Origin: Candidatus Nealsonbacteria bacterium
GTDB lineage: Bacteria > Patescibacteriota > Minisyncoccia > Minisyncoccales > RBG-13-42-11
Assembly (NCBI GenBank): GCA_026396095.1
Contig: JAPLXK010000014.1
Span: 212-64,211, forward strand
Direction of reading: 5' to 3'
DNA length: 64,000 nt
Part shown: positions 27,318-34,735 of the stretch, in pieces
Layout: each line of letters begins with the position of its first letter
How positions within the stretch are numbered: position 1 is the stretch's first letter
Notes under the pieces: model-generated
Seen by the model: only the letters and a program-made list of their open reading frames with translations
Databases searched by the model: none
Told to the model about the DNA's origin: nothing
Translations under genes and position numbers: made by a program

Positions 27318-27686
27318 TCACTTCAAAAATTCTTTGGCTTTTTCAATAATTTCTCTCGGAGTTAAATGAGCCTTGATTAAATAATCGGCAGCTCCCAGAT
27401 TAAGCCCTCTCTCTATTTCTTCCGGTCCGGCAAGATTAGAAAGAATGACTACGGGAATCGATTTTACGTCCGGGTCTTCCTTTATTTTTTTTAGAACCTC
27501 TATCCCGTCAATCCCCGGAAGGACTATATCGAGCAAAACCAGATCTGGCTTTTCTTTTTTTATTTTTTCTATTCCACCTTCGCCAGTTTCCGATTCTAAA
27601 CAATTAAAACCCTCGCTAACGATCTTTCTGACCATCAGCTCTCTTAAGAATTGGTCATCTTCTATAATAAGAATGGTTTTTGCCAT
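27318..27686 (-). CDS. Stand-alone response regulator receiver domain (CheY-like)
   Basis: MAKTILIIEDD, DLVLLDIVLPGIDG, and ILSNL...K. Start placed at Met18. Ends with TGA. Confidence 0.85.
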   Translation of the reverse strand: MAKTILIIEDDQFLRELMVRKIVSEGFNCLESETGEGGIEKIKKEKPDLVLLDIVLPGIDGIEVLKKIKEDPDVKSIPVVILSNLAGPEEIERGLNLGAADYLIKAHLTPREIIEKAKEFLK

Positions 27687-27756
27687 GTTTATTAATTTTA
27701 TAATAGTTATTAAACTGATGCAAGTCTTTTCTGGCAAGGCTTTTTAACAGGGCATA

Positions 27757-28749
27757 TTACCACAACCTTAGGTTCCCTTTGAATCTTTCCTCCGCTTCTT
27801 TTGTTTTTTTCTCTTTCTTGAATTTCTCCTCGCAAAAATCTTCTTTCTGTTGTCCGGGTACGGGCAAACGGGGAATCAAACTGTAAAATCCCAGATCCTC
27901 TAAAACGCTTGCTGCTTTTTGCTGATCGTAGTCTTTCCAGAAACATTCCTCTAGGCTCACATCTACGGGCACGTCTCTTTTTATTTGGGCCAGCTCTCTA
28001 CTTAAAAAAGCTTGCTCTTTTTGCTGTTCCAGCTTGAGGCGTATATTCTGGCTTATGTCGTTTTCTTTTCCCAAGTTTGAATATAATCCTTCCAGCGTAT
28101 TGAATTGTTTTATCAGACGAATAGCTGTTTTTTCTCCTATTCCCTTAACTCCCGGGATGTTGTCTGAAGGATCGCCCCTTAGGGCCTTAAACTCGTCGAG
28201 TTGGCTGGGATTCAGTCCCTGATATTTTTCTTTAACCAGTTTTTCGTCATATAAAATCGTATCCTTTACCCCCCTTCTCAGAAGAAAGGCTTTGGTATTT
28301 TTGTTGACCAGTTGGAGAACGTCCGAGTCTCCGCTCAGGATAACAACGTCTCTTTTTGATTTTTTTTGCTCTTGAGAAAATTTTTGGCTGACTGTTCCGA
28401 TAATGTCATCCGCCTCAAATCCCTGCTTCTCAAGAATAAGAACATTAAAGGCTCTTAAGACTTCTTTGACTCTGGGAATCTGATCGTAAAGCTCTTTTAT
28501 TGCCGGCGGTCTTTTGGCTTTGTATCCTTTGAATTTTTTATGGCGAAAAGTCGGGAAGGGCAGGTCAAAAGCGGCAACAATATGGTCAGGATGAAATTCT
28601 TTGATCGCCTTAAAAAAAACCAGCAAAAATCCGTACACCGCATTAACCATCTCCCCCTTTTTGGTGCTCAAGGGGGGCAGAGCGTGATATGCCCGGTGGA
28701 TAACGGAGTTGCTGTCAATTATTATCAGGCATTTTCTTTCTTCTGTCAT
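27757..28749 (-). CDS. 5'-3' exonuclease / flap endonuclease (Pol I N-terminal domain homolog, no polymerase domain)
   Basis: LIIIDSNSVIHRAYHALP, GFEADDIIGT, SGDSDVLQL, and the H3TH segment GVKGIGEKTA. Confidence 0.85.
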   Translation of the reverse strand: MTEERKCLIIIDSNSVIHRAYHALPPLSTKKGEMVNAVYGFLLVFFKAIKEFHPDHIVAAFDLPFPTFRHKKFKGYKAKRPPAIKELYDQIPRVKEVLRAFNVLILEKQGFEADDIIGTVSQKFSQEQKKSKRDVVILSGDSDVLQLVNKNTKAFLLRRGVKDTILYDEKLVKEKYQGLNPSQLDEFKALRGDPSDNIPGVKGIGEKTAIRLIKQFNTLEGLYSNLGKENDISQNIRLKLEQQKEQAFLSRELAQIKRDVPVDVSLEECFWKDYDQQKAASVLEDLGFYSLIPRLPVPGQQKEDFCEEKFKKEKKTKEAEERFKGNLRLW

Positions 28750-29195
28750 TTTTTAAAAATAATCTTTCTGGTTGTTTTGTTTATAAACTCAAACTTTAAA
28801 ACCAAGGAATTTGAAGGAAGTGTTTTTTTAACCCTCTCGGCCCATTCTATGGCCACAATATTAAAAGGGTCGGAAATTATTTTTTTAAAATCCAGCGCCG
28901 ACAGGTCTTTATGGCTTTTAATCCTATAGCAATCAAGGTGATAAAAATTTTTAAAGACTGACTTTTTGTTTCTTATCGAAAACCTTTTCATTAAAACAAA
29001 AGTTGGGCTCAGCACCCTGTCTTTTATTCCTAGTCCCCTGGCAAAACCCTGTAAAAAAGTGGTTTTTCCCCCTCCCAGATCTCCCTGCAAAGCCAAAACA
29101 AAGGCGTTTCTTCTTATCGGCTCTTTTAATGTCTTTTTTGCCAAAAGCTCTCCGGCCTTCCTCGTTCTGTTTTGATTTTTGGTTAGGATTTCCAA
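28746..29195 (-). CDS. tsaE: tRNA t6A biosynthesis ATPase TsaE
   Basis: LQGDLGGGKTTFLQGFARGLG and SPTF. Overlaps the exonuclease gene by 4 nt. Confidence 0.85.
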   Translation of the reverse strand: MEILTKNQNRTRKAGELLAKKTLKEPIRRNAFVLALQGDLGGGKTTFLQGFARGLGIKDRVLSPTFVLMKRFSIRNKKSVFKNFYHLDCYRIKSHKDLSALDFKKIISDPFNIVAIEWAERVKKTLPSNSLVLKFEFINKTTRKIIFKK

Positions 29196-29330
29196 GTCAG
29201 ACTTATTCTACCCTAAAAAAAAGATTTTACTACGGGGATAATCCGAAAATATTTTTAAAAAATATCTTTCCGGTTGACTTCTTGACCTCTTTGAGATAGT
29301 TTAAATTAATCAATTTATCCTTAGTCTTCC

Positions 29331-30641
29331 ATGACTGAACAATCCCAAACCATTGTCGACGGAGTAAAAATTTCTTCTGAAATAGAGAGTGAAATTAAGA
29401 AAAAAATAAAAACTGTTCTTGATTTCAAAGAAGAAGTTGATAGGTTTTCGACCAAAAGCATTTCCGGCCTTTCGGAAATCATCATGGGCGGAGGAATAAG
29501 CTTGGATGTTTCCGATGTTCATATCGAAACAGAAAAAAAACGGGTTAGAATACGGGCAAGGCGCGATGGTATTTTACAGGACGTAACGACAATTGATGAA
29601 AAAATTTACCAAGGGCTTCTTTCCAGGATTAAGCTTTTATCCGGCCTTAAAATAAATATATCCAATCGGCCCCAAGACGGCCGATTTAGCGTTTTTTATG
29701 GCGAACAGACTGTTGAGGTCAGGGTTTCCACCCTGCCTTCAGAATACGGAGAGTCTATTGTCCTGAGGCTTTTGAACCCCAAAAATTTGATTAGTCTGGA
29801 TGCTTTGGGATTAAGAAAAGACCTGTTGGCTCTTTTAAAAAAAGAAATTGAAAAGCCTAACGGGATGATTATTGTCACTGGACCGACAGGCTCAGGAAAA
29901 ACAACAACCCTTTACGCCTTTCTCAAACAGCTTCAAGGTCCGGGGATAAAAATCATTACCATCGAAGACCCGATAGAGTATCATTTGGACGGAATTTCCC
30001 AGACCCAAGTCTCTCCTTTAAAGGGATATACCTTTGCTTCTGGTCTGAGATCAATTGTCAGACAAGATCCGGACGTGATCTTGGTGGGAGAAATACGAGA
30101 CCTGGAAACAGCGGAAATTGCTTTGCAGTCAGCCCTAACTGGACACTTGGTTTTCTCTACCCTTCATACCAACGATGCGGCCGGGACGGTAGCTCGTTTG
30201 GTCAGTCTGGGATCTAGCCCTGCAAACATTGGTCCGGCTGTAAATCTGGCGGTTGCTCAAAGATTGGTGAGAAAGATATGCAGCGATTGCAGGGAATTAA
30301 AAGAAGTGTCGCCTGAAGACTTAAGAAAGATAAAAAACGGACTGAGCAATCTTTCGAAAAATGTAGAAATCCCTAAGATTGACGAAAACCTAAAGATTCC
30401 AAAGGCCAAGGGCTGTAAATATTGCAATAACACCGGATTCAGAGGGCGAATCGGCATATTCGAGGCCTTTTTAATTGACGACGAAATAGAAAATTTTATT
30501 GTTAAAAACCCTTCTATCGCTGACTTAAAGGAGAAAGCCGTAAAAAAGGGACTTGTCACTATGTACCAGGACGGGCTGATAAAGGTTTTGGAAGGAATGA
30601 CCACCATTGAAGAGCTGGAAAGAATAGCAGGAGAGGAATAG
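29331..30641 (+). CDS. GspE/PilB-family secretion ATPase (type IV pilus or type II secretion)
   Basis: Walker A VTGPTGSGKTTTLYA, Asp box, Walker B ILVGEIRD, His box TGHLVFSTLHTN, and tetracysteine CSDC...CKYC. Confidence 0.85.
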   Translation: MTEQSQTIVDGVKISSEIESEIKKKIKTVLDFKEEVDRFSTKSISGLSEIIMGGGISLDVSDVHIETEKKRVRIRARRDGILQDVTTIDEKIYQGLLSRIKLLSGLKINISNRPQDGRFSVFYGEQTVEVRVSTLPSEYGESIVLRLLNPKNLISLDALGLRKDLLALLKKEIEKPNGMIIVTGPTGSGKTTTLYAFLKQLQGPGIKIITIEDPIEYHLDGISQTQVSPLKGYTFASGLRSIVRQDPDVILVGEIRDLETAEIALQSALTGHLVFSTLHTNDAAGTVARLVSLGSSPANIGPAVNLAVAQRLVRKICSDCRELKEVSPEDLRKIKNGLSNLSKNVEIPKIDENLKIPKAKGCKYCNNTGFRGRIGIFEAFLIDDEIENFIVKNPSIADLKEKAVKKGLVTMYQDGLIKVLEGMTTIEELERIAGEE

Positions 30642-30652
30642 CATTTTTACAA

Positions 30653-30779
30653 TCAAAAAGCCCCAGAGATGGGGGCACTTAAGCTTATAATGCAAAGTTA
30701 AGAACTTTTCCGAGGAGTAGATTCGCCGAAGCCAATCTACCCGGCTAAGAAAAACTCCACGCCCCCATCTCTAGGGCTT
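30653..30779 (-). ncRNA. Candidate ~125-nt structured small RNA, antisense to the pilB-LTD intercistronic region
   Basis: Minus-strand promoter TTGACA-N17-TAGAAT at 30788..30816. The 5' arm AAGCCCTAGAGATGGGGGC pairs 18/19 with the 3' arm GCCCCCATCTCTGGGGCTT. An internal hairpin is capped by a cUUCGg tetraloop (GTAGATTGGCTTCGGCGAATCTAC). The 3' hairpin is followed by TTTTTGATT. Confidence 0.5.
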
Positions 30780-30787
30780 GATGTATT

Positions 30788-30816
30788 ATTCTAATATATT
30801 ATGTTGAATTTGTCAA
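30788..30816 (-). promoter_or_regulatory. Sigma70-like promoter TTGACA-N17-TAGAAT (minus strand)
   Basis: The reverse complement of 30781..30816 reads TTGACAaattcaacataatatatTAGAATaatacat. It overlaps the first codons of the LTD gene on the other strand. Confidence 0.5.
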
Positions 30817-32027
30817 GAGGGATCGCCTTTCTGCTGTTTTTGCTTTTGTTTTTTCCTTTTCCGTCTTTTGGCTCCCCCGATGTGATTATTAACGAAATCG
30901 CATGGATGGGAACAGAAAAAAGCAGCAGCGACGAATGGATAGAGCTATACAACAACAGCGACTCTCCTGTTTCTGTCGATAATTGGACCCTAAAATCATT
31001 AACAGGGACTCTGAAAATAAACCTAAAAGGAATAATCCCGTCAAAAGGATTTTATCTTTTAGAGAGAAGCGATGACGATACGATTCCCAGCGTTAAGGCT
31101 GACTTGATCTATACTGGAGCCCTAAAAAACACTGGAGAAATTATAGAGCTTTGCAATAACCTTGTCAACTCTGTGGATTCCGTTGATTGTTCGAACGGCT
31201 GGCCGGCCGGAGACAACGAAACAAAGCAAACAATGGAAAGAATTGCCCTGGGCTCGGACTGGCAGACAAGCAAAGATGTAGGGGGCACGCCGAAGTCTCA
31301 AAACAGCGCAGGCGCCGCCGCAAAGGCAGGCCTAGCGCCAGCAAAAGAAACTCCGGTAAAAACTACAACCGATGAAAAGCCAGCAGAATCGCCAGTAGCC
31401 GATCTGTCGCTAGGCTATCCTACGGGGATTATTTTAAATGAAGTCCTTCCCTCTCCAGAAGGGGCAGATGACCAAAACGAGTGGATTGAAATTTTTAATC
31501 AAAATATTTTTAAGGTTGACCTGTCCGGCTGGAGTATTTCTGATTCCGCGGGGTCAACGAAAACCTATATTTTCCCGGAAAACACAAAAATATTGCCAAA
31601 AGGATTTCTTGTTTTGCCCCGACCACTGACAGGAATTGTTTTAAATAATGAGGGGGATGGCTTAACGCTCTTCGGTCCTGACGAAAAAATAATAGATTCT
31701 GTAGTCTACGGCAAGGCAGTCCTGAAAGAATCATACGCCCGAACTGATTCTTCGTGGTCATGGAGCTCTGCTCTTACCCCCGGAGCAACAAATAAAATTA
31801 TTTCCCCGGGACAAGAAAAGCCGCAGGAAAAGCAAGTCAAAGGCCAAGACGAAGAATCGGCGACAAGCGAAAAAAGATTAGCGGCAATCAGCGAGCCGAT
31901 TAAGGAGATAAAAGAAAAGAAAGGATACAATTCTTTTTCTATTTCCTTTGTCGCCTTGACTATTTCTCTTTTCTCAGGAATAGTAATCTTAGCGCTAAAA
32001 AAGAAAACCAAACAATTAAGCAAATAA
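30801..32027 (+). CDS. Secreted, C-terminally anchored protein with two lamin-tail domains
   Basis: Signal peptide. Two LTD signatures: VIINEIAWMG...SDEWIELYN and IILNEVLPSPEG...NEWIEIFN. Ala/Pro/Lys-rich linker and a C-terminal TM helix. Confidence 0.8.
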   Translation: MLNLSRGIAFLLFLLLFFPFPSFGSPDVIINEIAWMGTEKSSSDEWIELYNNSDSPVSVDNWTLKSLTGTLKINLKGIIPSKGFYLLERSDDDTIPSVKADLIYTGALKNTGEIIELCNNLVNSVDSVDCSNGWPAGDNETKQTMERIALGSDWQTSKDVGGTPKSQNSAGAAAKAGLAPAKETPVKTTTDEKPAESPVADLSLGYPTGIILNEVLPSPEGADDQNEWIEIFNQNIFKVDLSGWSISDSAGSTKTYIFPENTKILPKGFLVLPRPLTGIVLNNEGDGLTLFGPDEKIIDSVVYGKAVLKESYARTDSSWSWSSALTPGATNKIISPGQEKPQEKQVKGQDEESATSEKRLAAISEPIKEIKEKKGYNSFSISFVALTISLFSGIVILALKKKTKQLSK

Positions 32028-32035
32028 ATTGTTTT

Positions 32036-32770
32036 ATGTCAGGGCATTCTCACGCAAAAAAAATAAAACATCAAAAAGCGATTACCGACCAAAAAAGAGG
32101 GCAGATATTCTCTAAGATGGCTCGGTTTATTTCCATTGCGGCAAAAGAAGGCGGGCCGAATCCGGAGTCAAACGCAAAGCTGGGCGTTGCCATAGAAACT
32201 GCCAAAAGATTGAATCTGCCGAAAGAAAACATTGAAAGAGCGATAAAAAGAGGGACCGGAGAAGAGGAGGACAATGAAAAACTGGAAGAGGTTTGCTTTG
32301 AGGCTTTCGGCCCTGAAGGCACTGCTGTTATTATCGAAGGCATTACCGACAACAAAAACAGGACGCTGGGTGAAATAAAACAAATCTTAAACCAATATAA
32401 TGGAAAATTGGTGGGAGAGGGCGCGGTTAAGTGGCTTTTTGAAAAAAGGGGGGTAATAGCCATTGTCCCAAGCGCCCAAGCTCCGGCCAAGACCAAAGAA
32501 GAATTAGAGCTTACGGCCATTGAGGCCGGAGCGGAAGATATGCGCTGGTACGACGAAGATATGGAAGTTTATACCAAGCCAGAAGAATTGGAAAAAGTGA
32601 AGAAAATCCTGGAAGAAAAAGGAGCAAAAACCGACTCAACTTCTTTGGACTGGGTGGCCAAAGAAGAGGTTTCTTTAGATGAAAACAAAAAAGCTTCTTG
32701 CCAAAAACTTTTTGACGCTTTGGATGAAAATGATTCCGTCCAAGATATTTATTCCAATTTAAGATTATGA
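32036..32770 (+). CDS. YebC/PmpR family DNA-binding regulator
   Basis: MSGHSHAKKIKHQKA...RGQIFSK...IAAKEGGPNPESN. Confidence 0.9.
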   Translation: MSGHSHAKKIKHQKAITDQKRGQIFSKMARFISIAAKEGGPNPESNAKLGVAIETAKRLNLPKENIERAIKRGTGEEEDNEKLEEVCFEAFGPEGTAVIIEGITDNKNRTLGEIKQILNQYNGKLVGEGAVKWLFEKRGVIAIVPSAQAPAKTKEELELTAIEAGAEDMRWYDEDMEVYTKPEELEKVKKILEEKGAKTDSTSLDWVAKEEVSLDENKKASCQKLFDALDENDSVQDIYSNLRL

Positions 32771-33258
32771 TCATACTCGGCATAGACCCGGGAACCGCAA
32801 GCACCGGCTACGGAGTAATAAGAAAATTAAACTCCGACAAAAAGTCAAAGGTTTTCAGGTGCGTGGAATACGGCGTCATCAGAACCCTGCCATCGTCAAA
32901 AGCTCCGGACCGGCTGAAAAAAATAAATAACGAGCTGAGTAAGATAATAAAAAAGCATCAACCGGAAATATTGATAATCGAAAACCTTTATTTTTTTAAA
33001 AACTTAAAAACAATCATCCCTGTAAGCCAGGCAAGCGGAGTTATTCTATTGACGGCTGCCAAAAATAATCTTCCTGTTTTCGGACTCACTCCCCCTCAGG
33101 TAAAACTAGCCATCACGGGGTTCGGCCGGGCGGAAAAAAAAGATGTTCAGGAAAAAATAAAAACCTTGCTGAATATGAAAGAACTTCCCAGGCCGGATGA
33201 CGCTGCTGACGCCCTGGCTATCGCCCTAGCGTTTTATTTAAAAAGAGAAGATTCATAA
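32767..33258 (+). CDS. ruvC: Holliday junction resolvase RuvC
   Basis: MIILGIDPGTASTGYGVI, ILIIENLYF, and C-terminal DDAADALAIAL. Overlaps yebC by 4 nt. Confidence 0.9.
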   Translation: MIILGIDPGTASTGYGVIRKLNSDKKSKVFRCVEYGVIRTLPSSKAPDRLKKINNELSKIIKKHQPEILIIENLYFFKNLKTIIPVSQASGVILLTAAKNNLPVFGLTPPQVKLAITGFGRAEKKDVQEKIKTLLNMKELPRPDDAADALAIALAFYLKREDS

Positions 33259-33300
33259 AAAATTAAAAAGGTCGGCCAATTTAAAAGAATTTACTTTGTT

Positions 33301-33441
33301 ATGGCTTATCAAGACGAAATTTTAAAAACTTTCCTCTCTCAGAATGAAGACTCTCCCGAAGAAGAAGAGTTAGCAGAAGAGGTCGCAGAAGAAGATGAGG
33401 AAGAGGAAGAGGAAGAAGACGATGACGAAGAAGAGCTTTAA
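33301..33441 (+). CDS. 46-aa hyper-acidic mini-protein (candidate)
   Basis: Translates to MAYQDEILKTFLSQNEDSPEEEELAEEVAEEDEEEEEEEDDDEEEL*. A strong hairpin terminator follows 8 nt later. Too short for the ORF track. Confidence 0.4.
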   Translation: MAYQDEILKTFLSQNEDSPEEEELAEEVAEEDEEEEEEEDDDEEEL

Positions 33442-33448
33442 GAAATTC

Positions 33449-33475
33449 AAAAAGCCCCTTAAAGGGGGCTTTTTA
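33449..33475. terminator. Bidirectional rho-independent terminator
   Basis: AAAAAGCCCCTTAAAGGGGGCTTTTT lies between the acidic mini-ORF (+) and tyrS (-). Confidence 0.7.
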
Positions 33476-33484
33476 ATTTTAAAA

Positions 33485-34666
33485 TTAAATTATCTTAATA
33501 AATTTCCCCTTTCCGAGTTGGATTACTAATCCCTTTTTTATTTCTATGTTTTTCTTCCAGTCGTCCTGTATTTCTCCTTCTATTTTTATACCTTTTTGTA
33601 AAACCAACCTTTGGGCTTCGGACTTATTAGAAACCAATTTTGTTTTTACTAATAAATCAAGAATGTTCAAATTTTCCTCTTCGATTTTGACTGTATCTAT
33701 ATTGGAGGGCAATTTTTTTTCTATAAAAACCCTATTAAATTCTTTCTTGGTTTTTTCCGCCCTTTCTTTTCCGTAGAACATCGAGATAATGGTGTCTGCC
33801 AGTTTCTCTTTAGCTCTTATGGGATTCAAAGACTTAATTTCTTCTAGGGAAACATCTGTGCAGGCGCTAAAAACAGGAACAATAGAATTGTCTTCCATGA
33901 GCATTATTTTCCGCCGCAACTCTTCGGGTTGATCGGTTATGCTTATGGCATTTCCTTCTGTTTTGCCCATCTTTTTCCCGGCCTCATCAGTCAATAACTT
34001 AATGCTCAGGACAAACTTTTCCTTGCCCTTTAATGCCTTTATTAGGTCGCGGCCGCAGAGCATGTTGAATATCTGATCACTTCCTCCGATTTCTAAATCA
34101 ATGTCCATTGCTACGCTGTCGTAGGCCTGGGCCAAGGGATAGAGAAATTCGTGCAGATATATGGGTTTTTTCTCTTTCATCCTTTCCTGGAACATATCTC
34201 TTGCTATCACTTGCTGAACCGTAAAATTGGAAGCTAAATCTATAAGGTCTTTAAAGGAAATCTTATCCAGCCATTTGCTGTTATACAAAACCCTTGCAGG
34301 ATTTTTACCTTTAAAATTAAGAATTTTTCCGGCAATTTTTTTATAGTTTTTAGAATTTTTAATAACCTCTTCACGGGTTATTTTTTTCCTTACCGCTTTC
34401 TTGTCGGTCGGGTCTCCGATCATCCCGGTGAAATCTCCTATCAGCATTATTACCTCATGCCCCAAGGACTGAAATTCTGCCATTTTTTTAAAAATCGCCA
34501 TGTTGCCGAGATGGAGGAATGGGGAAGAGGGGTCAAACCCGCAATAAAGCCTGATCTTTTTTCCTGTCATCATTCTTTTTTTTAGCGAATCAAAGTCAGG
34601 ATAAATCGCTTCCACGTTTTTCCTCAAAACTTGTTCTATTTTTTTTGAATCAGTAATTGCTTCCAT
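33485..34666 (-). CDS. tyrS: Tyrosine--tRNA ligase
   Basis: YCGFDPSSPFLHLGN (HIGH region), LIGDFTGMIGDPT, KMGKT (KMSKS), and a C-terminal S4-like SKSEAQRLVLQKGIKIEG. Confidence 0.85.
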   Translation of the reverse strand: MEAITDSKKIEQVLRKNVEAIYPDFDSLKKRMMTGKKIRLYCGFDPSSPFLHLGNMAIFKKMAEFQSLGHEVIMLIGDFTGMIGDPTDKKAVRKKITREEVIKNSKNYKKIAGKILNFKGKNPARVLYNSKWLDKISFKDLIDLASNFTVQQVIARDMFQERMKEKKPIYLHEFLYPLAQAYDSVAMDIDLEIGGSDQIFNMLCGRDLIKALKGKEKFVLSIKLLTDEAGKKMGKTEGNAISITDQPEELRRKIMLMEDNSIVPVFSACTDVSLEEIKSLNPIRAKEKLADTIISMFYGKERAEKTKKEFNRVFIEKKLPSNIDTVKIEEENLNILDLLVKTKLVSNKSEAQRLVLQKGIKIEGEIQDDWKKNIEIKKGLVIQLGKGKFIKII

Positions 34667-34698
34667 TGTTTAGTTATTTTATCAAAATCAAAGAAAAA

Positions 34699-34727
34699 TT
34701 GACAATTTAAGCTATTTTTAGTAAAGT
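34699..34727 (+). promoter_or_regulatory. Sigma70-like promoter TTGACA-N17-TAAAGT, only 8 nt before the PBP1A ATG
   Basis: Reads TTGACAatttaagctatttttagTAAAGTaatggaacATG, implying a leaderless or nearly leaderless mRNA. Confidence 0.4.
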
Positions 34728-34735
34728 AATGGAAC

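Noticed and set aside
30653-30779. 4.5S/SRP RNA identity for the long-stem element
   Set aside because: The ends pair as in SRP RNA. However, the interior is a multi-hairpin junction with a perfect UUCG-capped helix, and it lacks the conserved asymmetric and symmetric loop motif (AGGUCCGGAAGGAAGCAGC-like).
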